Made by a program: the position numbers and the translations under genes. Shown piece by piece: positions 19,642 through 28,339 of a stretch of DNA of 32,000 nt. The notes below the pieces were generated by a model. That model ran no database searches and was not told the origin of the DNA. It saw only the letters and a list, made by a program, of their open reading frames with translations. The DNA comes from an uncultured bacterium (GTDB taxonomy: Bacteria > Margulisbacteria > WOR-1 > CAVSGV01), in the NCBI GenBank assembly GCA_963699255.1, contig OY969425.1, positions 1,410,001-1,442,000 of the forward strand, written 5' to 3'. Within the stretch, counting starts at the first letter, position 1; each line of letters starts with the position of its first letter.

Positions 19642-19721
19642 TCTTACCTGACTTTGCTCAATACTCCATGCTCCTCTTTGTAAGGAATGGTGAGTTAACA
19701 GGTAGTGTCGGGAGAAATGTC

Positions 19722-19790
19722 AGGTGGTAGGGTCGTGGGATGCATTACACGCCTTACCCTATACCCGCGACCTTTCAGTTCACTCCACCT
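19722..19790. other. Long-range nested stem structure, intergenic
   Basis: AGGTGG (19722-19727)/CCACCT (19785-19790) enclosing GGTCGTGGG (19731-19739)/CCCGCGACC (19764-19772). Confidence 0.5.
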
Positions 19791-19807
19791 CACAACCCTT
19801 TCCATTT

Positions 19808-21139
19808 TTAGAGCAGCGATCCCGGAATCACGGGCTTTATGACCCTCTGATAGATATCGTACAGCCCGTACAAACCGAAGTCTTCCGGTCTCGGGATATA
19901 AGCTGTCGGGGTCAGCTCTGCGCCGTTCTTCAAGGCTTCTATCATTTCTTCGCTCGGAGGCTTGTATACAAATCTATAAACCATTTTATAGACAATCCGT
20001 GTTTTTGGCACGGACGCGAGTTTCCATCCGTCATAAGTGACTATTATCGAATTGCTGACAAGCCCTTCCGTTCCTCTTAACGGATCATTGACAACCCTGC
20101 CATTTAAATACATGGTGCTTGTGTGGCCGCCGTCCAGTCCGACGGCGTTCTCGGCTCCGGCTTCCTTCATGATCTCGGCGAGATCATCATATGTTACCCC
20201 CGTGCAGACCGGGAACTTCTTGTCCACGACAACAAAGATGAGCTCCCTGTTACTGGAGGTCCCGATCGCTGTCCTTGAGGTGGGAGAGAGCAGGGCATTC
20301 TTGATCTTTTCGATCAAAAGGCTTTCTTTGTGGACAGTTTGCCCGTCTTTCACGAGCAGCGGTCCGCCCGTTACCGCCTGTTCGACGTCTTTCCATTTAC
20401 CGGCAAGACCATAAACAAGCCCGATCCTGTCCGATCTATCCAACTTTGCCGCGAAATCCCTTGACCAGCCGTGAAGCGAAACGACAAAACCGTCTTTTGG
20501 TATTTTTGAATTGCCGTCCGTTATCGCCTCGATCGACCCGTCGCAATCCACGATTATCTCCTTGCCGTATCTGTTGGTTTTCGTTGTTTCCCCGTATTCA
20601 TCCGTATATATTACCACCTCATCTTTTTTTCTCGGCCTGTTCACCCCCCATATCGGCACGCTTTTTTTGCTGTTCAGGTTCAGAACGTATCCTTTTATTT
20701 TAGGTATCCCGAAGATGATGCTTTTATCCTTCGTAATGCCCACGGCGGTCCTTTCCAGTATGGATTTATTCACCACCTGGCCGTCTATTACCATGAAACC
20801 TATGGGGAGATGCAGTTTCTTTCTGGTCTCAAAAAACGACCCGTTGATCGCGGCGATGGCATTGTTCCGTATGGCGATGCCGCTTGTTCTTTCAAGGTTC
20901 CCGATAACGCCTTTTGCGAGGGAAGGTTTAACGTTTATCTTGTCGTTATTCAGATCGATCTTTAAGATGTGAATGTGTAACGGTCCCGCCGGCGTGAATT
21001 TTTTGAGGTATGAGTAGTTGATCCCCGGTACTATCTGTTTGCGCCACAGGAATATTTGTTCTTGATCGCAGGAACATCCAAAGGAAAAAAGAGTTATCAG
21101 CGCGGCCGCAAGGAATATATCATTTATTTTCAACTTCAT
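19808..21139 (-). CDS. Phosphodiester glycosidase (NAGPA-domain)-like exported protein
   Basis: AIAAINGSFFE, QAVTGGPLLVKDG, SRTAIGTSSN, AENAVGLDGGHTSTMYLNG; N-terminal hydrophobic segment with SFGCSC. Confidence 0.8.
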   Translation of the reverse strand: MKLKINDIFLAAALITLFSFGCSCDQEQIFLWRKQIVPGINYSYLKKFTPAGPLHIHILKIDLNNDKINVKPSLAKGVIGNLERTSGIAIRNNAIAAINGSFFETRKKLHLPIGFMVIDGQVVNKSILERTAVGITKDKSIIFGIPKIKGYVLNLNSKKSVPIWGVNRPRKKDEVVIYTDEYGETTKTNRYGKEIIVDCDGSIEAITDGNSKIPKDGFVVSLHGWSRDFAAKLDRSDRIGLVYGLAGKWKDVEQAVTGGPLLVKDGQTVHKESLLIEKIKNALLSPTSRTAIGTSSNRELIFVVVDKKFPVCTGVTYDDLAEIMKEAGAENAVGLDGGHTSTMYLNGRVVNDPLRGTEGLVSNSIIVTYDGWKLASVPKTRIVYKMVYRFVYKPPSEEMIEALKNGAELTPTAYIPRPEDFGLYGLYDIYQRVIKPVIPGSLL

Positions 21140-23828
21140 TTATTCTTTGTGCGTATATATCGTAGCTGCCGTACCTGTAATCCGTCCATACAACCACCGC
21201 TCCGCCTTCTCCGTCATCCGCTAACTGCGGGTTTCTTGCTCCTCCCTCTGTTATGCACAGCGGCACACCGTCTTTTTTCCAAAGAACTTCGCCGGATGCG
21301 GAGATCTTCTGGGCATAAATGTTATAGCTCTTATTGTTCCTGTAATCTTCCCATGTGATTATTGTAGAAAACTCATTGCTTTTGACAAGTTGAGGGGCAT
21401 ATTGCGTGCCCTCGGCGGTGCATACTGCGACCCCATACCTGGTCCACATTTGCTTGCCTGCGGTGTTAAGCCGCTGGGCATAAATATCCCAGTTAGCTTT
21501 TCTGTAATCCTCCCAGACGAATATCGCTCCGCCGCTGCCGTCAGTTATAAGTTTAGGATTGATCTGGGTGTGCGGCTCTGTGCATACCGGTACGCCGTCA
21601 CAGGGCCATGCGATGGTCCCGTCCTTGCTCAGTTTTTGTGAGTATATGTCATAATTGCCGCCGCTGTTGTCCTCCCAGACTATCACTACCTCGTTGTTGA
21701 CGCTTATGTTCGGCTGTTTTTGCGATTCAGGAGCTTTGCATACCGTAAGCCCGGTGTTCGTCCACATAACATTTCCGCTTCCGTTGATCTTCTGCGCGTA
21801 AATATCCGGCGTATTTAAATTTCGCCTGTACTGCTCCCAGGTTATTATCGCTCCATCTTCGCCGTCTGAATCTATATCCAGGTTTGCCTGCGTTCCTTCG
21901 CTGTTCTTTACGGGCACGCCGTCAACTCTCCACAATAGAGATCCATTCTTGTCTATTCCCTGCGCGTATATATTGAAAAGATCCTCACTTTTTCTGGAAT
22001 CCTGCCATGCGACGATCGCTCCGCCCTTTGAATTTTTGGATAGTTTCGGGCTTATTTCATTCCCTTCGGCCTGGCAGAGCCGTATGCCGCCTCCGTCCCA
22101 GAGTAAATTGCCGTACGGGTCTATCCTCTGGGCATATATAGTGGAAACGCCGGACCTTGTATCTTCCCAGACTATTATGGCCCCTCCATCGTCATCGCCC
22201 ACCAGCTCGGGGTTATATTGGTCGCTGTCCGCGTTGCATATCCTTATTCCATCCCTTGTCCATAGAAGCTTCCCGTTATTATCTACCCTTTGAGCGTAAA
22301 CATTCGAATAACCGTTCCTGTAATCTTCCCATACTACAATATATTCATCCTTGCCTGTTCTTTTTATCCGGGGCTTTTGCTGTGTCACCGACCCAAAGCC
22401 GACCACAACGCCCACGCCGTTGCTCTTCCAGCTTTCCAGCTTGTTAATATCTATCCCCTGAGCATATACATCAAGCCCGCCGTTCCTTTTATCCTGCCAT
22501 ACTATTATTATACTTCCGTCATTTGATAGTGATATTTGAGGGAACTCCGCGAAGTTGCCTTTGCAAACGGTCATGCCGTCGGGCGTCCATAACGTTTTTC
22601 CGTCTTTTGTCACTCTTCTTGCGAATATGCCGCCCTGAGCGCTTCTCTGGTCCTGCCAGGTTATTATCACTCCGTCAGAGCCATCGGAGACAGCTTGCAG
22701 GTTCGATTGATTTCCGGAAGCTTCGCATATGGAAATGCCGAATTGATTCCACAGAGGAGTTCCCGTTGATGACATTTTCTGGCAGAAGATATCGGAATTC
22801 CCGGTGCCGTTCCTGAAATCGGTCCATATGATTATCGGATCTTTTCCGCCCACGACCTGCGGTCTCTCCTGGTTTCCGGCCACATCGCAAACTACTTCTC
22901 CGTTCGTTTTCCAGAGGATCCTCCCGTCCAGATTTATTTTCTGGGCGTATATGTCGGCGTTCCCGTTCCTGTAGTCCTGCCAGGTGATGACAAAAGAATC
23001 ACCTTCGCAAGAAGCTATCTGGCTGTATTCCTGGTTATCAGGAGCTGTGCAGACAGCTATCCCGTTCGCCTGCCAGACGGGGTTTCCGTTCGCGTCAATC
23101 CTTTGTGCGTATGTGTCGTAATAATCGCCTCTTTTATCGTCCCAGCATATGACCGCCCCGCCTGATCCGTCGGAAGTTATCTTTGGATGCCACTGTGTTC
23201 CTTCTTCAGTGCACACTGGCACTCCGTTAAGCTGCCACTCTACAGAGCCCGCCTTGCTGATGTTCTGGGCGTAGACATCTTCACCCTTTCCTGATCTGTA
23301 GTCATACCAGGTGATTATTGCGCCGCCCGCGCCGTTGCCGGCGAGCTGAGGTTCCAGCTGGTTCGTTTCATTTGTGCATACCGGGATGCCGTCTTTTGCC
23401 CAGATCTCATTGCCGCTCATACTCAGCTTCTGGGCATAAATGTCGGCATTGCCGTTGCGGTAATCCTGCCAGGTGACCATCACTGATTTTCCGTCGCTTA
23501 TTATCTGGGGAGAGGTTTGGTTCCCCGGAGCTTCGCATACGCCTACGCCGCTCTTCCCCCATAGCTTTGCGCCGCCGCTGTCCAGCCTCTGCGCATAAAT
23601 GTCGGTGTAACCGTTCCTTTCGTCTTCCCAGACTATTACTGAAGAGCTATCATCCAGGCCGACCACTTTTGCGTTCTGCCTCATGCTTCTCCCCTGAGAA
23701 TCATTTATAACAACGCCGTTCTTCTGCCACAAAGTCCTGCCGGAAGTAAGATTGCCGCCGCCGACCTGTGAAAAAGCTGGGGTGGAGACGAGCGCGAGGA
23801 TAAGTATCAGGATTATTCTGAACATCAA
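21120..23828 (-). CDS. Exported protein with 16 tandem ~53-aa repeats (beta-propeller-like)
   Basis: Signal-like MMFRIILILILALVSTPAFSQ, then 16 repeats of consensus 'xxxGVPVCxAxGxQxxPQxxSDGxGGAIIxWxDYRNGxxDIYAQRIDxxGxxLW'. Confidence 0.85.
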   Translation of the reverse strand: MMFRIILILILALVSTPAFSQVGGGNLTSGRTLWQKNGVVINDSQGRSMRQNAKVVGLDDSSSVIVWEDERNGYTDIYAQRLDSGGAKLWGKSGVGVCEAPGNQTSPQIISDGKSVMVTWQDYRNGNADIYAQKLSMSGNEIWAKDGIPVCTNETNQLEPQLAGNGAGGAIITWYDYRSGKGEDVYAQNISKAGSVEWQLNGVPVCTEEGTQWHPKITSDGSGGAVICWDDKRGDYYDTYAQRIDANGNPVWQANGIAVCTAPDNQEYSQIASCEGDSFVITWQDYRNGNADIYAQKINLDGRILWKTNGEVVCDVAGNQERPQVVGGKDPIIIWTDFRNGTGNSDIFCQKMSSTGTPLWNQFGISICEASGNQSNLQAVSDGSDGVIITWQDQRSAQGGIFARRVTKDGKTLWTPDGMTVCKGNFAEFPQISLSNDGSIIIVWQDKRNGGLDVYAQGIDINKLESWKSNGVGVVVGFGSVTQQKPRIKRTGKDEYIVVWEDYRNGYSNVYAQRVDNNGKLLWTRDGIRICNADSDQYNPELVGDDDGGAIIVWEDTRSGVSTIYAQRIDPYGNLLWDGGGIRLCQAEGNEISPKLSKNSKGGAIVAWQDSRKSEDLFNIYAQGIDKNGSLLWRVDGVPVKNSEGTQANLDIDSDGEDGAIITWEQYRRNLNTPDIYAQKINGSGNVMWTNTGLTVCKAPESQKQPNISVNNEVVIVWEDNSGGNYDIYSQKLSKDGTIAWPCDGVPVCTEPHTQINPKLITDGSGGAIFVWEDYRKANWDIYAQRLNTAGKQMWTRYGVAVCTAEGTQYAPQLVKSNEFSTIITWEDYRNNKSYNIYAQKISASGEVLWKKDGVPLCITEGGARNPQLADDGEGGAVVVWTDYRYGSYDIYAQRINEVENK

Positions 23829-26818
23829 GCGGCCTTTGCCAGCTTTACGGATACGACCTTTGAAACGCCGGGTTCTTCCATCGTGATACCGTATAAGGTA
23901 TCCGCGATCTCCATGGTTGATTTGTTGTGCGTTATGAACACGACCTGCGTTTGTTTCGAGAATTCCGAGAGCAGTTTGGTGAATCTGCGGATGTTCGCCT
24001 CATCAAGCGCAGAATCCGCTTCATCCAGGAGGCAGAACGGGCTCGGATGTGTTTTAAGAAGGGCGAATAGCAGTGCTATCGCGGTAAGCGCCCTCTCTCC
24101 GCCGGACATCGCGGAGAGATTAAGCCATTTCTTTCCGCCGGGCCGCGCGATTATTTCTATGCCGCCTTCAAGGATATCCTCCCCTTCGGGAGTCACAAGC
24201 TTTGCTTCCCCTCCCTCGAACAGGGTCGCGAATATCTCCGAAAAGTTCCTGTTGATCACTTTCATCGTTTCGATGAAATCTTCCCTTGCTTTTGCGTCCA
24301 GTTCCTTTATAAGGTTCGAAAGGTTCTCCCTTGCCACCGTCAGGTCATTGTACTGGCTTTCGATGAAGCCGAACCTTTCGCGCGCTTTTTCAAACTCTTC
24401 CGTGGCCAGAAGGTTCACGGGACCGAGGGAAACGATCGCCCTTCTTAAACTATCCGCTTCTTCTTTGGCTTTTGTAGCGGCAGGGATCTCAAAGTCACTG
24501 GACAGGATATTTTCGATGGTCATTCCGTAATCGGCGAGCATTTTTTCGCTTATCGACGTCAACTCGCCTTCAAATTTGGCCAGAGAGACCTCTTCCTTTG
24601 AAAGGGCGTCCCTGTAAGATCTGTCCTCGCTTGTTCCGCCGGCCAGACGCTTTTCCACGTCCTCTATTTCACCCTCCAGCTTCGATTTTGCCTTCAGGTT
24701 CAGCTCAAGATTCTTTGCCAGCTCTTTTTCATCTTCAGTTATCCTGGGCAGGGACCCTTCAAGTTCCTTGATCCGGTCTGTTGTCTGAACAAGCCTTTCT
24801 TCCATTTCCGCCATGTTCCCCGAGCTTATGAATTCATTTATGGATTGTATATCGGTCTTTATCTTTACCGATTCGCTTTGCAGGTTTTCATATTTGGAAG
24901 TGATGCCGGCATAGGCCGCCCTTGTTTCGGCAAAGCCGGAGAAGAGAGCCTCTTTTTCCCTGATCACGCCGTTCAGCTTTGCACTTGCTTCGGCCAATCT
25001 GCCGTTCAGTGCTTTATTTTCTTCTTCAAGGGACCTGATGTTAGAGGAGAGCGTCTCTTTCCTGGCGCAGATGTCTTCAAGTTCAATGTTTCTCGCGGAC
25101 AAGCTTTTTTTAGCGAGATCAAGCTCTTCCGACATGTTCTTCAGTTCAAGGTCATTGGACTGCGATTCATGGTTGACCTTTGCCTGTTCGATAAGGGTCT
25201 CTATCTCTCTTTCTTTTGCGAGAGCGTTTTTCACTTTTTCCATGATGCTTCCGCCGGTCAGAGTGCCGCCTGAAAAAATAAGGTCCCCATTCAATGATAC
25301 TCTTCTTATCTTGACGTCCGCGCCGAGATCCAGTTCCGCGCCTATTTCGCAGGCATCCGCTTTGACCAGCCTGGAGGCCGGCCCGTGGATCCCGTTGAAC
25401 GAAATTTTCAGCGTTTCCGTGGAAACAGGGAAAGCATCCGTTTTGATGAGATTGTTCTTAAGCCTGCTGTCCAGGGAGCTCGACACGGACTTAAGCTGCT
25501 CAAGTTTTTCCGAAAGTTCCCGCGATTGCCTGGTGAGTTTTTCGATCAGCTCCTGGTCGTGCCGCGACTCTTCTTTTGCAAGCCTTAGATTGCTTTCCAG
25601 TTCTATCAGTTTGTTCCGCTCCAGGGACAGGGCGCCCTCTTTCTCAAGAATTCCCGCCTTCAGGTCGAGCGCCTCTTTCTCAAGCTTTTCCTGCTCGCTC
25701 CTCGCCCGTGTGACGCTCGCTTCCGCTTCCATTTGTTCCTCGGAGGATCTTTTGACGGTCTTCTGCAGGGAGGATAGCTCTTCCTCAACTTCCTTTTCTC
25801 TGTTCTTTAAGGATGCGATTTTCGAGGAATGATCTATCAGCTGGGACTTCGCGTCAGCTATCCTTTCCTCAAGGTTCCTCTTCTTTTCGTTCTCAAGAAG
25901 TATGGAGCTTTTGTTCTCTTCATATGAAAGTTTCGCCTGGCTCATTGAGAGGCGCAGCCCTTCGATCTCCCCGGTCAGGACCCTTAGCGCTTCTTTTTTG
26001 GAGGACTTTTCAGATTCATACTGCTGGGTCAGGCTGAGGCCGGCCTCCATCTGGGACCTGAGGAAGGATATCTTCTCATCGATGACTTTTTTCTTTTCGG
26101 TGATAGCCGAGATCTGCCTCTTTGAAAGGCCGACTTCGAGCGTTTTCAATTTATCTTTCAGTTCTTTGAACTGGGCCGCTTTTTTCGCCTGCTCTTCAAG
26201 CACGGACAGCTGGTTTGAGATCTCGCTTTTCAGGTCCGCGATCCTCAGCATATTCTGTTCGGTGGCGATGAGCTTTCTCTCCGCGGCGGTCTTTCTGAAT
26301 TTGTATTTGTTTATTTTCGCGGCTTCCTCGAAGAGTTCCCTTCGTTCCTCAGGCTTTGAGGAAAGCACCGCATCAACGCGCCCCTGGCTTATGATCGAAT
26401 ACGATCCCCCGCCAAGGCCCGTATCGAAGAAAATGTCCCTGATGTCCTTAAGACGGCAGCTCGCCTTGTTAATGAAGAATTCGCTCTCTCCCGAGCGGAA
26501 CGTCCTGCGTTTTATTGCAAGCTCCGCGAATTCGGTTTTTATCTTGTTGTCGGTGTTGTCAAGCTCTATTGATACTTCCGCGAGTGAAAGGGGTTTTCTG
26601 CCGGAAGACCCGGCAAAAATGACTTCCTCAAGAGCAGAACTTCTCAGTTCCTTCGGGTTCTGCTCCCCAAGGACCCATCTAATGGCGTCCACTATGTTGC
26701 TCTTGCCACAGCCATTGGGTCCTACGATAGCTGTTATACTGCCGGGAGGATTAAACTCGATAACTGTTTTATCTGCAAAAGTTTTAAATCCCCTCAGCGA
26801 GAGGTTTTTAAGGTACAA
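23825..26818 (-). CDS. smc: Chromosome segregation protein SMC (short-hinge variant)
   Basis: GPNGCGKSNIVDAIRWVLGEQ, NGDLIFSGGTLTGGS, LNLSAMSGGERALTAIALLFALL, PFCLLDEADSALDEANI; 997 aa; TTG start with GGAGG upstream. Confidence 0.93.
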   Translation of the reverse strand: MYLKNLSLRGFKTFADKTVIEFNPPGSITAIVGPNGCGKSNIVDAIRWVLGEQNPKELRSSALEEVIFAGSSGRKPLSLAEVSIELDNTDNKIKTEFAELAIKRRTFRSGESEFFINKASCRLKDIRDIFFDTGLGGGSYSIISQGRVDAVLSSKPEERRELFEEAAKINKYKFRKTAAERKLIATEQNMLRIADLKSEISNQLSVLEEQAKKAAQFKELKDKLKTLEVGLSKRQISAITEKKKVIDEKISFLRSQMEAGLSLTQQYESEKSSKKEALRVLTGEIEGLRLSMSQAKLSYEENKSSILLENEKKRNLEERIADAKSQLIDHSSKIASLKNREKEVEEELSSLQKTVKRSSEEQMEAEASVTRARSEQEKLEKEALDLKAGILEKEGALSLERNKLIELESNLRLAKEESRHDQELIEKLTRQSRELSEKLEQLKSVSSSLDSRLKNNLIKTDAFPVSTETLKISFNGIHGPASRLVKADACEIGAELDLGADVKIRRVSLNGDLIFSGGTLTGGSIMEKVKNALAKEREIETLIEQAKVNHESQSNDLELKNMSEELDLAKKSLSARNIELEDICARKETLSSNIRSLEEENKALNGRLAEASAKLNGVIREKEALFSGFAETRAAYAGITSKYENLQSESVKIKTDIQSINEFISSGNMAEMEERLVQTTDRIKELEGSLPRITEDEKELAKNLELNLKAKSKLEGEIEDVEKRLAGGTSEDRSYRDALSKEEVSLAKFEGELTSISEKMLADYGMTIENILSSDFEIPAATKAKEEADSLRRAIVSLGPVNLLATEEFEKARERFGFIESQYNDLTVARENLSNLIKELDAKAREDFIETMKVINRNFSEIFATLFEGGEAKLVTPEGEDILEGGIEIIARPGGKKWLNLSAMSGGERALTAIALLFALLKTHPSPFCLLDEADSALDEANIRRFTKLLSEFSKQTQVVFITHNKSTMEIADTLYGITMEEPGVSKVVSVKLAKAA

Positions 26819-26839
26819 TATACCCCCTCCGTTTTGGTT

Positions 26840-26868
26840 ATATTAGCACAGTATTTTACGGAGGTCAA
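26840..26868 (-). promoter_or_regulatory. Putative smc promoter
   Basis: Minus strand TTGACC (26868-26863), 17 bp, TAATAT (26845-26840). Confidence 0.6.
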
Positions 26869-26885
26869 ACGTGTTTTTCATGCAG

Positions 26886-26955
26886 GGTAGGGTGCTTCCC
26901 CCTCCACCACATCAAGCTTCTCTTTCGTAAACCCAAATAAATCCCCGGCAAAAGT
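26886..26955 (-). pseudogene. Orphan coding tail fragment
   Basis: Minus strand reads KTFAGDLFGFTKEKLDVVEGEAPY with no start codon of its own; out of frame with the RhuM-Fic ORF ending at 26957. Confidence 0.4.
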
Positions 26956-26956
26956 T

Positions 26957-27958
26957 TTAATCTTCTATCAGATTCATTATAAGAGAGATCATGGTATTTT
27001 TTTCGCCCGGAGAGCTTGTCGCGACAAGGAGCGCCAGAGCGGTTAAGGCTATATCATTGATTTTTCGTTCGCCGTTCTTTCTAAGCAAAAAATGATTCCT
27101 TTCAAGAAAATACACGAACAGTATGGAGCCGATCCTTTTATTGCCGTCAGTGAAAGGATGATCCTTTATAACAAAATAAAGCAGGTGAGCCGCTTTTTCT
27201 TCGATCGTAGGATACAGCTCGTGTCTGTCAAATGTCTGTTCGATCGAACCTATGATGCCCTTTAGTCTATCGCTGTTTTCATTCCCGAACAGCGGGCTTG
27301 CTTCTTTCTTCGCTATTAACCGGCTGCGCAGTTCCAGTATTATCGACACGCATTCTTCATGTTTAAGGGAGTGTCTGGTTTTACTTTTTCCTTTTATGGA
27401 TAGCTTGCCTTCATCATATTTGTATAATAGCGATAAGGAATTGGCATATTCTTTTATGATCGAAACAAGCTCTTTCTCATGCCCCTCAAGAGATGGAACA
27501 TATAGTTTCTCGCTTATAAGAGCTATGGTGTTTTGAAGTTTATTAAACTTTTCTTTGCTCTGTTCTAGAAGGCGTTTTTCGTTGAGCGCGTATCCTTGAA
27601 GAAGATACTTTTTAAGCACATTTGTCGCCCATATCCTGAATTCTGTCGCGCGCTTTGAATTAACCCTGTAACCGACCGAAATAACGGCATCCAGGCTGTA
27701 TAGCTTGGTAGGTTTATCGGAAAAAGGAATGTGCATTTTTTGCACATTGCTTTTCTCTGCCAGCTCATCGGACATGAAGATATTATTCAAATGCTTTGTT
27801 ATGACACTTCTTTCAATCGAGAAAAGTTGAGCCATCTGAGCCTGGCTTAGCCAGACAGTTTCCTCTTTAAGACGAACTTCCAGCCTGGCGGTCCCGCTTT
27901 TGTCCTTAAATAAAACCATTTCGCCTTTTGAAGGCATTTGTTTATTTGCTTTTTTCAC
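26957..27958 (-). CDS. RhuM-domain protein fused to C-terminal Fic/Doc-like domain
   Basis: VWLSQAQMAQLFSIERSVITKHLNNIF...YSLDAVISVGYRVNSKRATEFRIWATNVLKKYLLQGY (RhuM) followed by HPFTDGNKRIGSILFVYFL (Fic/Doc). Confidence 0.88.
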   Translation of the reverse strand: MKKANKQMPSKGEMVLFKDKSGTARLEVRLKEETVWLSQAQMAQLFSIERSVITKHLNNIFMSDELAEKSNVQKMHIPFSDKPTKLYSLDAVISVGYRVNSKRATEFRIWATNVLKKYLLQGYALNEKRLLEQSKEKFNKLQNTIALISEKLYVPSLEGHEKELVSIIKEYANSLSLLYKYDEGKLSIKGKSKTRHSLKHEECVSIILELRSRLIAKKEASPLFGNENSDRLKGIIGSIEQTFDRHELYPTIEEKAAHLLYFVIKDHPFTDGNKRIGSILFVYFLERNHFLLRKNGERKINDIALTALALLVATSSPGEKNTMISLIMNLIED

Positions 27959-28150
27959 TTCACCACCTCATTTGCCAAATTGACTATCATGAGGATGGAA
28001 GCAGCAATTATGATGCCAATAATTTGTATAAAATTTGAAGCTAATTGTGTGGAATAAACATCAAATCTGTAGCAGATTTAGACACGTGTAGCGCTTTCTG
28101 ACTTCTCGCCTCTGATCTCTATCCCTTCCCCCACGCCCCCGCGAAGACCG

Positions 28151-28224
28151 CACCCCCGGATCAAAAATCCCCCGCTCGTTTCACTCGCACCCCCGGGTCA
28201 AAAATCCCCCGCTCGTTTCACTCG
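28151..28224. repeat. 37-bp direct tandem duplication
   Basis: caccccCGGRTCaaaaatcccccgctcgtttcactcg twice (28151-28187, 28188-28224), differing at one base. Confidence 0.9.
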
Positions 28225-28226
28225 CA

Positions 28227-28245
28227 CCCCCTTTATTAAAGGGGG
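28227..28245. repeat. Perfect 19-bp palindromic repeat, copy 2
   Basis: CCCCCTTTA-T-TAAAGGGGG followed by taggggggattt; matches 19541-19570 in reverse complement. Confidence 0.7.
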
Positions 28246-28262
28246 TAGGGGGGATTTATTCA

Positions 28263-28339
28263 GCCCTCCACCACCTTAATTTCCTCTTTCGTCAGCCCAT
28301 AGAGCATATTAACAAAGATTACTCTTTCGAAGCGCTCAC
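28263..28339 (-). pseudogene. Orphan C-terminal tail of an R-M/methylase-type gene in another frame
   Basis: Minus strand SERFERVIFVNMLYGLTKEEIKVVEG* adjacent to but out of frame with the ORF ending at 28319. Confidence 0.5.

Noticed and set aside
19722-19790. tRNA or degraded tRNA
   Set aside because: Nested stems do not give a cloverleaf, no T-loop GTTCRA or anticodon arm in the correct place.
23883-26846. Serine-rich plus-strand ORFs (215, 142, 264, 314 aa)
   Set aside because: Ser/Phe-rich mirror frames of the coiled-coil smc gene; classic antisense artefact.
28151-28224. Possible mini-CRISPR next to defence genes
   Set aside because: Direct 37-bp units abut with no spacer; no cas genes in the window.
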